62,452 nt of DNA, filler included, from Catajapyx aquilonaris (GCA_000934665.2; 4 parts of 4 records of this genome joined end to end with filler, not necessarily neighbours in it), one strand, 5' to 3'; shown: positions 50,101 to 61,615, counted from the whole stretch's first letter. Program-made: numbers and translations. The notes: generated by a model from the letters alone, not told the origin.

Positions 50101-53100
50101 TTGCTTCACGAAACGACTCATTTCTGCAGTTGTCATTGAGCATACGGAAATGCCATCTCTCAACCATTTCATTGCACACGTTGCGCTGGTTCTCACGGGC
50201 TGGCAGGTAAGTTGGGTCATGATGCAGAGCACGTCGGAAGTAGGTCGCTGACTCCGAGAGAAATCCTGCCCTGTAGAAAATATTACATTTAGTGCATTTG
50301 ACATTATTATTAGTGTGAAAACAGGGCTATTTTGGAAATGCCATGTCAGCTGTTACTTGACAAACAGTAAATGTCTTCCATCTGCGCAAGGGATTTCATA
50401 TATTCCCCTAAGCCAGTGGTTCCCAACCAGGGGGATTAACGCTAATATAATGTGGAAACCATCTGGTGCTATCACCCAAACAAGGATTGTCGCATCTTGG
50501 CTTGGATGCAACCCATTGCACAGATGTGTGTTGCATTATCTGACCCCATCCCTTATCTGCTTTGCTTGACATCAGAGCCTCCTTAGCTGTCTTTGTGGAC
50601 ACACACAATGCACACCTGTGCAATGGGTTGCATCCAAGCCAGGATAACCCGCGACAATCCTTATTTGGGCCATAGTACATATCGTCGGCATTAAGAAAGG
50701 GCAAATAGACCATTTTTGTGAAAATGGCGAAAATGAATATCTTAAGGGGAAATCGCCAACCGCAGGTTTTGGTGAAATGGCAGATGCTTATGTAGCACAG
50801 TGCATTGTATGATACAAGAAAGTGGTCCCAGCGAATATCCACAAGCAGCATAAGGAGAAGGGGCGCATATCTATATAAAGCCGTTTGTGAGTCTGTCTGT
50901 CTGTCTGTCTGTCTCTCTGCCTGTCTGTCCGCCTGCCAACCGTCATTTTCCTGCCATCTGTGCTCCACCCCCAGGCCGGGAGAGGATGGAGGTGTTGGGG
51001 GTTGACTACAGATGGCAGGCAAATGACGGTTGCCGTTATACAGGTGGGAAGGTTGAAGACCGTGTTGGAGTAGCAGGACCACAGATGGCATTGGTGGCCG
51101 GACACACAGAAAGACAGACAGTTGACGGGGGTACTGACAGGTGTTTTCCCTTCATTCATTTCTTCCCTGGCAACGCCGGGTGCCGCAGCTAGTCTATATT
51201 AATTGGGATATTCGCCGTCTTAATATTTGAGCCAGTACCTTAATGCACAAGTGTGAAGGGTGAATATACAATAGCCACCACCAGCTCCCGAGTGGTGTAC
51301 AGGAACTCCACGTTTTATGCCGGGGATTGGTTCCAGCAACATAGCGGTGTAAAGTGTAAGCCAGTACAGTTCTCACTATTTGATATGCAGGCAGTAGCCT
51401 ACTAGAATGACCTACGGATGAGGGGGTAGGATCAATTTTTTACAAAAGAAATCTTGCTCTGCATAACTTCACAATTTACAATGTTGTCACACATAATGGA
51501 TTATGTAACATGTGGAATGCCCAACAGGGCAGAATCATCCTGGCCAATCCTGAACAACCCACTGGCTCACAGAGAAACACCAGACGTATGAACTCCAGCT
51601 CTTTGATTTATTCAGAGACCACGAGCCATAACTTAGGTAGGCCTCAGGGTGTCCACAAATGATGAGGCCAAAGTAAAAAAATTCTAGAAAATGCGGCGTA
51701 CAAGGTACAACACCCGTACATATCTCATAGCAAAGAGGAAGGTTGGAAGTTTTTTTACATACATACAAACCCTCGATATGACCACCGCGTGTGACACGGC
51801 AGGCGTTTAACCGGAAATCGGTGCATTGTAACATGTCCGGCGTTATGGAAGCCATGACAGAAGTGATGGGGTGCATCAGTTTGGCCGAAGATCTCGGGAG
51901 GGTGGCACGAACACTGCATCCTTAATGTACCCCCACAAAAAAAATCACACAGAGTCAAATCCGGTGAACGGGGTGGCCAAGCCTGGAATACTGCATCGCT
52001 GTCAGTGGAATGCCCTGATCCACCTTTGAGGCAGTAGCCGATTCAGCTAGTCGCGGACGTGGAGATGGAAATGCGGAGGAGCTCCATCTTGTTGGAAGAT
52101 GAAATTCGGGGCATCTTCTTGCACCTGTGGCATTAACCTCTGCAGCACGCACCAAGCCTTTTCCTCCGCCGACACTATTTTTAACTCCTCGCTGGCACGG
52201 CACTAATCATTTCATGTGGTGAGATATGTCAAAAAAAAAACTTTCAACCTTCCTCTTTGCTATGAGATATGTGCGGGCATTGTACCTTGTATGTTGCATT
52301 TTCTAGATTTTTTTTACTTTGGCCCCATCATTTTTGGACACCCTGTATTTAACTTAATCACATTGGCAAAGATTGGCATAAAATCCTTGACAATGGCTAC
52401 AAGTTTCCAATTTACTTCTTCGTCAGATACTAGAGCATTCTTGATTACGTCAATGAATTGGCAGGGCTAATACTTGGACTCGCACAAAATGACCTCGACC
52501 ATGACCTTTGCAGGTAAAGATGACCCCAAATAGTGAAAACAATATCAGAAATGAATTCCTCGCACCAAATTCGGTATAATTAAAGCCATGACACATGCTT
52601 AAATATAAAAAACAATAAAAAAATCTTTTTCATCGTGGGAGATGGTGACGGTAAAAGGGCGAATTTCCATACTTACATCTATATTTACCATATTTGTGGA
52701 TATTCGCCCTTCTTCCTAAATTGTTAATTAATTTTATTACACTTATATGAATATATTCTTTAATAGTGATTGCCAAAGAAAATAAATGCATCACCCCAAT
52801 GCAATCCTAAAATTTAGAGCTCATACAGTGATACTGTGATTTGTGAAGACAATTTTCAACCCATTATCTCTCCTGTAAAATTTATAAAATGGTCTATTTG
52901 CCCTTTCTCCTTAATGCCGACAATATATTCATGTTAATATGGCAAAACCCAAGAATCACAAAACATTAATTTCCTCGTACAATATGCAACCCTCCAGCAC
53001 GCCCTTTAGCTACATATTTTTAAAAAGTTTGCCTTCCTAAGTTAATCGTTCAACTTACCCTCTCCACCCTCACATACGTGGTATGTCTGAAAAGTTCGGT

Positions 53101-55360
53101 GAATGTTACAATAAAAGCAACAAAACAGAAGGTCCAGAATTACCTTTATTGGCCTTCAAATTGATCTCCAGCAGATGCAACACACTCTTCAAAACGTCGG
53201 TAAAGCTTCTGAAATGAGAGAAAATATTCTCTTTGGACCCTCCAAATCTGTTGTCACATGGGCCTGAACCTCCATGACATCCACAAAAAGTGATAACTTC
53301 ATGAATCCTTTAAAGTTCAGTGTGGTATCACTGTTTGGGATCACCCACTGTACTCCCCCATCCTTTCTCTTGGAGCCTTTTTTGTTTCAACACCTTAATG
53401 AATGGCTCACAATTTTGGGACATTCAGGCACAATGTGCAACAGGTCTGGAGGGGGGTCCAAAGATAAATTTTTCTAACTGTTCTCAGAAGCTTTATGAAT
53501 GATTTTAAAAGTGTGTTGTGCCTGAGATAGTGCACTTCAAAGGACAATAAAGGTAATTCCTATGTACCTTTTGTTTTGTTGCTTTTATTGGAACAGTCAC
53601 TGAACTTTTTCGACACCCCACGTACTGTAGACTGTAAAAGAATGATAATGAATCTCCATATAATGATACTATCCATATCCCGAAAAACTCGTGCGGCTAT
53701 GAGAAACCTTAACATACATACTGGCTGATCAGTGATGTAACTTGAAGTAGGAAAAGGATTGCCACGATCATCAAATTTATTTCATCTCACATTTAACTTA
53801 ATGTCTAAGAACAACCTATGCATCATGTGAGTTCAATCTCTGCGCTGGCAGGATGAAATAAATGCTAATGAAAGAGGACTTGATGTAATATTGAGAAATC
53901 CAGCTGGTGGTCTATGTAGTGCAGTGGTAGAACTTACGTACACAGAGCAGAATTTTTTTCCAATCAATTACTGATCCATTAAGTATCATAATAAATTCAC
54001 TTATTACAGACGGAAGGTAGCTCCATGCTTTCAATTCCTTGGCAAAATAGGGACTGACTATTGCTGCAGAAACTTTTTTAACACAAGTTTACTTTCATTC
54101 TATACACAAATTTTTGCAATAACCAAACTCATGCACTCTTAATAATGTCCTGTCAGTTTGAAGAATGTCCTTTACAAACTTCAATCAGTAAGGACAATTC
54201 AGGAGTCAAGTGTCCCATATAAAAATTTGCATGTCACATGTGACAGAGTTAGTTGTCTTGGACATTTTCTATTTGCACAGAACACCTGTTTATGCAGGAC
54301 CTTTGTCCTGCCTACTGTCAGCTTCATCACACATGCATTGAACCTTGTCCCATCATGCTGTAGCCCTGTGTAAAATATAAACACACACAAAACAAATGAT
54401 GTCCAAGGATTTTGGGGTAAGTTCTGTTTGAGGATTTGAACTGCTCATGGAGTCAGGTGCCTTCTACACTTTGAATAGATGGCAACTCTAGTCCTGGCAT
54501 GAAATTAGGTTGATTTTTCTGTAGTACCGTACACTATGGGGTAATTTGGACATGGTGTACACTTACTTTTTTTCATCAGGAGGGTGTATAATTTTATGAC
54601 TATGCATTCAACATGATTAATTTCACTTGGGGGCCTACTGGACATCCATTGAAAAAAGCACACAAGTATTGAAACAACAAGAAAAGAAACAGAAAATCAC
54701 AGAAAATCTGCAGAGGGAAAGAGGAAAATTCTGGATGGAAGGGTTTCTAAAAATGTCCCTGCCCTCTGGTATGTAGTGCTGGTTCTCATGGGCCCTTGTC
54801 CGTCCCAGGTGGCAGAATTTGCGCGACTCCCCAATGGCCCTGCCCCATTTGTAACTCATTTCCCAGAATGTCACTTTTTGTTCTGCAAACATCAGCATCT
54901 TGGAGACATTTCTAGCCCCGCTTCTCTTGGCTTACCAAGGGTCCACTAGAATCCCACGCAATGAAGGGAGAACAAATAACAGCAAACATAACTTCACCAA
55001 AAGCAGCCCTATGAAACTGGACTCACTTTTGCTATGCCAGTGAACAATGTTGTATCCACTGGGGAGACGGAGTGGCGCTGCGGTAACGTACGTGCCCACG
55101 GATGTTAAGGTCCCGGGTTCGAACCCAACCCTGGGATACCCCCTTCATCTCGTGCAGAGTTCTCGGGTCGTCTCTGACTTCGTTTCGGGTGGTATTTCCG
55201 ACAGACTAAGCCACCCAGGGGACCTCACAAAATGACCTTACTAGTCGATGCACTGCACCTTGCACATCCCCTCCCAGTCCCCCTGCCCGTAGGCCCGGGC
55301 GCTTCTAACATGGCCTCCCCAAATACCCCGTAAGGGTGGCAAGGAGTATTACAAAAAATA

Positions 55361-55391
<31 letters not shown>

Positions 55392-58217
55392 TTAATAATA
55401 ATAAAAATAAAAGAGTATCCTACCCAGCTATGTGCATTGCATAATCACAAGGAAGGCAAAGGAAAACATAGCTGGAATGATCCTGTGTTCCATGGCACAC
55501 CTAGGCTTATCACATCTCACGCTGAGTTGGGACTCTGTATTTTTTCTCATGTATAAATATTTTCCAAGAAATGACCATGTGGAGAAATGGATGTAACAGA
55601 CCAGTCAACTTGCCCTCCCAATCAACCCTCCTTCCCTCACTGACACCTAGGCAAAATGGAAAGCCAAAATGCACACCAAAAAAATGATAATAACAACTAC
55701 ACCAGATCAGGGTTGTGAACCGAACCGAACCCTTGCTCCGTGAACCCGATAACATCGAACCTGCTCCGGAGCAGTAGAGTCCGGAGCGAGCGTCGGAACG
55801 GGGTACGGGTTCAAGGCGGTTCCAGAGGAGAGCGGAGCCAAGGTCGGAGCGGGTCCGGAGCGAGCGCCGGAACGGGGTTCAGGTTCAAGCCGGTTCAGGG
55901 GAAGAGTGGAGCGAAGGTCGGAGCGGGTTCGGAGCGAACAGCTCCGGAGTTGAACCCGGTTCAGGAGTGGGTTCCGGAGCGGGTTCAGGAGTGGGTTCCG
56001 GAGCGGGTTCAGGAGCAGGTTCGGAGCGGGTTCGGAGCGGGTTCGGAGCGGTTCAAAGATTGGTTAGGTACAACATACCAACCCAACAGGGGGAAAGGCA
56101 GCAAAACCGCTGGATTTACTCCAGAGTATGCATCATGTTTTCATTGTGGGAGAATGACATTTCCAAGCACCCGCGATACAGGGTGTACCGCAAATGTCAC
56201 ATTTTCATGTCATACGCATTTTTTAATGTTACAATATGTCATGCACATTTTTGTATGCCACAATATTTCATACCCATTTTTGGATGTTACATTCTCATGT
56301 CATACGCATTTTTTGTATGTTACAATAATATGATATTGTAACATACAAAAATGCATATGGCATGAAAATGTCGCATACAACTAATGCATCATGACCATTA
56401 GCTCTTGGTATGACATGAAAATGTGACATCCTAAAAATGGGTATGAAATATTGTGGCATACAAAAATGCGCATGACATGAAAATGTGACATTTGCGGTAC
56501 ACCCTGTATCGCGGGTGCTTGGAAATGTCATTCTCCCACCATGAAAACATGACGCATACTCTGGAGTAAATCCAGCGGTTTTGCTGCCTTTCCCCCTGCT
56601 GGGTTGGTATGTTGTACCTAACCAAGCTTTGAACCGCTCCGAACCCGCTCCTGAACCGGGTTCAACTCCGGAGCCGTTCGCTCCGAACCCGCTCCGACCT
56701 TGGCTCCACTCTTCCCTTGAACCGGCTTGAACCTGAACCCCGTTCCGGCGCTCGCTCCGGACCCGCTCCGACCTTGGCTCCACTCTCCTCCGGAACCGCC
56801 TTGAAGACCCCGTTCCGAAGCTTGCTCCAGACTCCGACTCTACTGCTCCGGAGCGGGTTCGATGTTATCGGGTTCACGGAGCAAGGGTTCGGTTCGGTTC
56901 ACAACCCTGCACCAGATGCCTCACAAGTGTACTCTCCCAATAATTATGATTATATTTACTGTATATTACATAATCACAGTGGGATGAGTAACCACATCAG
57001 TTTCTAATCGTATTGAAATGGTAGTGATGGACTTCCTTTGAAGCCAGTCTTTCACGTGGCATGTCACAACTAGGGCACATGACTCTGGAGCACTGAATGA
57101 ATAAAGTGTTCTCGAAGAGCCAGAAAATGTTCCAATGACTTTGTACTGCGTTAGTGGTACCATCGAAAGTGAATTTCTGTCTGTACTGCACCAGTAAACT
57201 ACTGGGTATCCCAAAAGCATGCCATACAGAGTCGGGGTTATGTTCCCACCATAACTACTTGCCAGCAATGTTGAAATGTCTGAACGGTCCAAGTTGTCCA
57301 CGACAAAAGATGCCATTTGATTAATCACGTCAAGCACACAAGATGAAACAAAAGCAGGTTCAGTTCCAAAGCTAACATCAACAAATAATGCACCACCACT
57401 TTGGAGCCACCTTTTAACTTCATCTACATTAACAATAAAGGTTTCTCCACCTACTACTACTACATGAATACGATGGGAAACTATACCATCACATTTTAGT
57501 GCACTTATGAACCTGCTTGCATCATTTGGTGTGATGAAGTTGACATCCCAGAGATAAGCTGGTTTAATTCCTATATTTACTGATTCAATATGGAATCTTA
57601 AGACAGAAGCATATTTGGCAGATCTATGACCTACGTGTGTAACTAGATTTTTCTTCCACACATCCATCTTCTGGTAACAAATCTGTATTTGTAGAACTTT
57701 CAGAAGGAATTACATCTATATGCATTTGTTATTTTTGTATATATACATGTCTTTCACTTAAATGTGACTTCAGTTTGGCTTACTGGTAACTAATTTATGG
57801 GCAGTTTAATTTCAATTGAGTTACATGACTTGCTCTTAGGCTGTTGTGTTTGTGGGTTTCAAGCATGTTTACCTAAACAAATGTGCCCCTAGATTTGTCA
57901 TAATTTCAGCGCTGGTAGGAAATAATTCCAATGCCTGCTCGTAGCACCGGTACAGATCCTGATGCCGTCCCTTTGACTCCAGCTCTTCTCCCCAGTGACC
58001 TGAAAAAGTCAATCACAAGCTCAACTTAGTTATTATCAGATGAGACCCAACTTTAAACTTACACAGGGTTGAAATGAATTGCTCTTGAAGCTCATTTTTA
58101 CAGGTGGGATCCAAAGTGAGGGCACATATCAGGTGGGCAAAGGCCCTTCCTGTTTTTCCAAACTGGAGGCAGACTTGCACTTGCTCCCGTGATTTTAAAG
58201 CTAAGTCTTTCTTTGAC
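47142..58217 (-). CDS. PRMT9: Protein arginine N-methyltransferase 9 homolog, partial (4 exons visible; start exon and 3' part not identified)
   Basis: Exons 58217-58063, 57999-57873, 50270-50034, 47309-47142 are GT-AG and phase-consistent. They encode the TPR region (GRAFAHL...WGEELE...CYEQALELFP...NLGAHLFR), VERWHFRMLND..RN, SAM motif I VLDIGTGTGILS, VYACE and LKIPQDISER. Confidence 0.9.
47682..48288. mobile_element. pogo/Tigger-like MITE
   Basis: TA|CAGTAAAACTTCTACAAGT ... ACTTGTAGAAGTTTTACTG|TA with TTCGA(C/G)TTATAG repeats. Confidence 0.8.
48477..48904. mobile_element. Tc1/mariner-type MITE with ~110-bp inverted ends
   Basis: TA|CAGGGTT...CTAGGCAATCACTTT.AGTACATGCAACATGGG is mirrored at 48821-48904, followed by TA. 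Confidence 0.8.
50475..50669. mobile_element. Small palindromic MITE
   Basis: CCCAAACAAGGATTGTCGC...GGCTTGGATGCAACCCATTGCACAG is mirrored by CTGTGCAATGGGTTGCATCCAAGCC...GCGACAATCCTTATTTGGG. Confidence 0.7.
50870..51192 (+). mobile_element. Non-autonomous Helitron carrying a (GTCT)n microsatellite
   Basis: A|TCTATATAAAG 5' end, (GTCT)n at 50891-50928, 3' hairpin CC(T)GGC-AAC-GCCGG and CTAG|T terminus; inserted between A and T with no TSD. Confidence 0.8.
51645..52345 (-). mobile_element. Tc1/mariner internally deleted element
   Basis: ~110-bp TIRs CAGGGTGTCCA.AAATGATG.GGCCAAAGTAAAAAAA. Minus-strand remnants WPPRSPDLTLCDFF and RLNACRVTRGGHIE. Confidence 0.8.
53077..53622. mobile_element. mariner fold-back derivative made of two inverted 3' ends
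   Basis: TA|CGTGG...GAAAAGTTC.GTGA TIRs; both arms encode QKLY.R...CV...G..F.GQ* C-terminal remnants. Confidence 0.7.
55061..55410 (+). mobile_element. tRNA-derived SINE family D
   Basis: GAGTGGCGCTGCGG A-box-like, GGTTCGAACCC B box, (ATA)n tail. Confidence 0.75.
55708..56909. mobile_element. Complete 1.2-kb palindromic hAT-type element
   Basis: TIR CAGGGTTGTGAACCGAACCGAACCCTTGCTCCGTGAACCCGATAACATCGAACC; perfect 8-bp TSD CACCAGAT (55700-55707, 56910-56917). The arms pair to the centre at ~56330; GGAGCGGGTTC sub-terminal and CACATT/TGTCAT inner repeats. Confidence 0.92.
56966..57667 (-). CDS. UPF0739 / C1orf74-like (DUF4504) protein, single coding exon, 233 aa
   Basis: Intact ATG-to-stop ORF with GIKPAYLWD, FVDVS, TLYGMLLGYPVVYW, NSLSMVPL, LYSFSAPES and the terminal VTHPTVIM, recalled as DUF4504 motifs; acceptor-like CAG 15 nt upstream of the ATG. 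Confidence 0.8.
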   Translation of the reverse strand: MDVWKKNLVTHVGHRSAKYASVLRFHIESVNIGIKPAYLWDVNFITPNDASRFISALKCDGIVSHRIHVVVVGGETFIVNVDEVKRWLQSGGALFVDVSFGTEPAFVSSCVLDVINQMASFVVDNLDRSDISTLLASSYGGNITPTLYGMLLGYPVVYWCSTDRNSLSMVPLTQYKVIGTFSGSSRTLYSFSAPESCALVVTCHVKDWLQRKSITTISIRLETDVVTHPTVIM

Positions 58218-58913
58218 CTAAAAGAGAGAGTAAAAATCACAAGTAATAATGCAGATGGGGCAAAATCTTGTAGACCTGCACAAAATGCAATGTGAATCAT
58301 TTCACAAAACAACCCTACAAAAACCTGCACTTAAAGACCTTGTGAAGCTCGTATTGTCATGTGACACATTTCTCTGACATCCGAGATACAACAGTGAGAA
58401 GGTGAATTTCACAACGAACAAATTGCAAGAAACTGATTACTGCAAGTTGCTATGTAATACCTCTCACTCTGGAGCTACCTTTCAGTTCTGTGAAAAGCAA
58501 ATTTCACTCTTGAAATAGAGCCTGTTTGATTTTTAGAGTCCGTCTTACTGATGGGGTGCAGTGCCCTTTTCAAGAGGTGACACACAATTACACACTTATT
58601 TGGCTAAAGGCTCCTCCTAACTTACAATTTTTTGTTGCAGCCCAGCCTGCAGAAACCAACACTACCTTCACTGTGTATTTAGCCATCACTGCAACCAGTT
58701 ACGATAAATTTCCTTGCCAAACTAGCACATAAATGAAATTTGATATAGCCTACCACTACCTGCTTGATTTCTTCCAGATGCAGTTGGTGGAGACTGTCAG
58801 TCACATGTACAATGTGACCAGGGCCTTACAATAGTACTGAGGTCACAATAGGTATTGGACTGTCAACCATATCAATTATCGTAACTAATGATTAAGGACT
58901 TGTGATGTCAGTA

Positions 58914-59221
58914 CAGTAGAACCATGATTATCCTACTCTCCCGATAAATCTATGTTTTCTCATGAAATACGATAATGTACTACGCATTTGTTTGTTTTTC
59001 TTAGTTAAATGGTAAGCACAGTACAGTCAAGTGTGTATGTAAAAGATAAATAGGCCTACTTCACTATTTCTTAGAAAACCATAATGTACGTTATTTCCTG
59101 TTTTTATGTTTTTTGTTGTGTTTCATGAAAGTTTTCATTACTCCTTGGATTATTATCCAACCTTTTTTGTGTTCCGACCATGCCTCGATCCCATGGGTGA
59201 CGGATAATCAGGGTTCTACTG
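58914..59221. mobile_element. pogo/Tigger-like MITE (related ends also at 48956-49963)
   Basis: TA|CAGTAGAACCATGATTATCC ... GGATAATCAGGGTTCTACTG. Confidence 0.65.
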
Positions 59222-59378
59222 AACTATTCTGTGGTCTCTACACATGCAGTTTTAACCCTAGTTTTATAGTCTTAAGGAACCGCCAATTGGCAAGGGGCCA
59301 CTCTGACCTTCATCCTTAAGTCTAAACTAGTGCTAAAACTGGCCATCTGTCACCTCCTTTTCCCTCTATCACTACAAC

Positions 59379-59381
<3 letters not shown>

Positions 59382-59432
<51 letters not shown>

Positions 59433-59899
59433 TTCTTCTTCTTCTTCTTATTGTTAGCTTTACCCCATTAGAGGGAACAGAGCCCTTTTAGGGGGGTGGG
59501 TTACCACCATTTTTCCTTACGAAATTTTCTTCGCATTTTTTCTCTCCGGCGCAGGAGTCAGGATAGGGATTTGTGAGGGGGGGGGGGATGCGGGTGCAAG
59601 TGCGATGTCCGAAATTTGGGGGTCGTGTGCAGTCCCCCAGGGGATCAGGTTGAAAGACAACCCCCTCGGTGCGGGTCAGAAACCCCCACCGACACCGCAC
59701 CTCCTCATGGACAGGACAAGGATAGGAAAGGAAGGAAGCGGCTGTGGCCTATTTTACGGTACGATCCCGGAATTTTTCCTGGGGCGACCTTGGAAAACCA
59801 CAGAAAACCAAGGTCAGGACCGCTGGCCTCCGGGACTCGAACCCAGGACCTCCCGATTAGCAGTCGGATACCATATCCACTCCGCCACTACTGCTTCGG
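59382..59899 (-). mobile_element. Full-length tRNA-derived SINE family A
   Basis: Head matches 31991; (AGA)n(ATA)n tail; 17-bp TSD TCTATCACTACAACTTT at 59365-59381 and 59900-59916. Confidence 0.92.
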
Positions 59900-60605
59900 T
59901 CTATCACTACAACTTTAAACCTTGGTTGTAAAAAATAAAACCAAGCACTGGGAAACATCGAACATGTTTAAAATGTCAATGTCAATTACCTATCCCAGAT
60001 GCTGTTTCTGTGACAAAAAAATGTGGAATCCATCTTAGTTCATACCTCAATGCAGTGATATTTCTACAGGCTCAAAGTTACTGAGTGGTATAGTACGGTA
60101 TCGTAACCCATGGCCATCAACTACTGTGATCCTAAGAACATTTATCATATCAAAAACAAAAGCTTTTGAGGTTTGCCCCCATTTTTAACCAATCGGCTGC
60201 AGATGAAAAATTGCCATACTCAAGTTAAAATTTGGAGGTCTATAATACTACTGTACCAGTGAAAACTGGCAGTCAGCTGGGCTGCTTCAACGCTAAACAC
60301 TTGTGGTATGCCTACTCCTTTGGTCCTTCATAGAGTTTGCATAATGAAACGGTCTGTTGTCAGGCTACTAATGGCCGGTTTCACCAAGCCCGGTTTTCNG
60401 AATAGGTGTATATGTGGTTAAATTGGTATCACTTTTTTCATGGAAGTGGAATTACAGAGTAACATTGGACTTGACAAAATAATGGTACTTTTTGCGTACC
60501 ATTATGGTACATGGTACGGAACCCGAAAATATGGTATGAATACCATATTTATGGTACATCTGGTAACACTGCATCCAGCCTAGCCCTGTGTTGAAGATTG
60601 TTTAT

Positions 60606-60827
60606 TATAAAAAGCTCCGCTAGGCGAGGAATTTGGCGCTGGTGCGCCCCCATAGTCGGCTAGAGGGGTCGGTTCGGGTTTGCCGCCTTCGGAACCAACC
60701 CAAACCGTTCTTTCCTCTGAGGGCGTTCGCCAAGGCGTTCGCAGACTAGGATTCGGGTGGCTGGCATCAGTAGCCGGCTGTGGAGGAGCGTCAGCGCCAA
60801 ATCCGCCGCCTAGCGGAGCCTTTTATA
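60606..60827. mobile_element. GC-rich MITE
   Basis: TATAAAAAGCTCCGCTAGGCG...ATTTGGCGCTG is mirrored by CAGCGCCAAAT...CGCCTAGCGGAGCCTTTTATA. Confidence 0.7.
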
Positions 60828-61464
60828 TTACACTAGTGCATGCACTAGTGTATCGTATTTGTGTCAGGGGACCAGGGGGGACTGGCATGGACAAAGAAGT
60901 CCTGCCACTGTACCACAGAGGCACAGACCTCCACAAGTCCACACACAACTTTCAGTCTTTCACTCTATTGTCTCACTTTCGGGCAAGAGATGGCAGAACA
61001 AGCGGCTACATACCTGCCTCTGGCGGTATTTTATAGAAACAACTTTTCGCGGACTTATTTGTACAGAAACCATAATATTACTGTACTGATAGTTATTGAA
61101 GAGGTACAGCCGGGTACAGCAATCAAAATGGGTTCAAGGGTTCATCACTGGCGTAATAAGGTGTACACGGAGTCGTGTATCACAGTAATTACGCATTTAT
61201 CAGTAACTAGCAGCGGTACCCGTTCTTCGCACGGAGAAAAAAAGAGCGTGGATAATTACACCGAAATCTTCTTAGATCTCAAGCAATATTAAATGCAAAA
61301 CTGCTCATTCCCTTGCATATGTAGGCACTGGAAGGGTGTAAAAATTCTGGTTTGTTTGCGTAATAAAGAGCCACGAAACTATGGCTATATGGTTATCAGA
61401 ATACAAAAAGGTGGAACAGATGGAGAGAGAAACGAAGAGGAAAAAGAAGAGAGGAAAGACTCTC

Positions 61465-61615
61465 TTAGCCTGTCTCCTATCCCAAAGACCTGTCCGACTT
61501 GGGCGGCCCTACCAGTAGTCAGTAGATGAAACTACCGCCGGAATAGCTCTTCAGGATCATGGGAAGACGAAAGCCCACCACCACGGCAAGGTAGAGATAC
61601 ATTGAGGGGAGGGGA
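61465..61615 (-). mobile_element. RTE/BovB-type retroelement 5'-UTR motif
   Basis: Minus strand CCTTGCCGTGGTGGTGGGCTTTCG...ATGATCCTGAAGAGCTATTCCGGCGGTAG...CTACTGGTAGGGCCGCCCAAGTCGGACAGGTC resembles the conserved 5' segment of RTE-BovB LINEs and RTE-mobilised SINEs. Confidence 0.6.

Larger units (their letters stand above)
50680..52925. mobile_element. Outer TIR element enclosing a Helitron and a mariner relic
   Basis: GTCGGCATTAAG(GA)GAAAGGGCAAATAGACCATTTT at 50684-50716 is mirrored at 52886-52921. Confidence 0.55.

Noticed and set aside
50408..51159. 227-aa and 123-aa ORFs with DRQT repeats
   Set aside because: Translations of the Helitron (GTCT)n tract and adjacent MITEs.
54199..54365. 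Acceptor-like site and short ORF in the PRMT9 intron
   Set aside because: No PRMT9 similarity; in PRMT9 phase it stops after three codons; no supporting evidence.
55740..56060. Short GGAGCGGGTTC repeats resembling a CRISPR array or a Gly/Ser-rich ORF
   Set aside because: No unique spacers of constant length and no cas genes; these are sub-terminal repeats of a hAT element.
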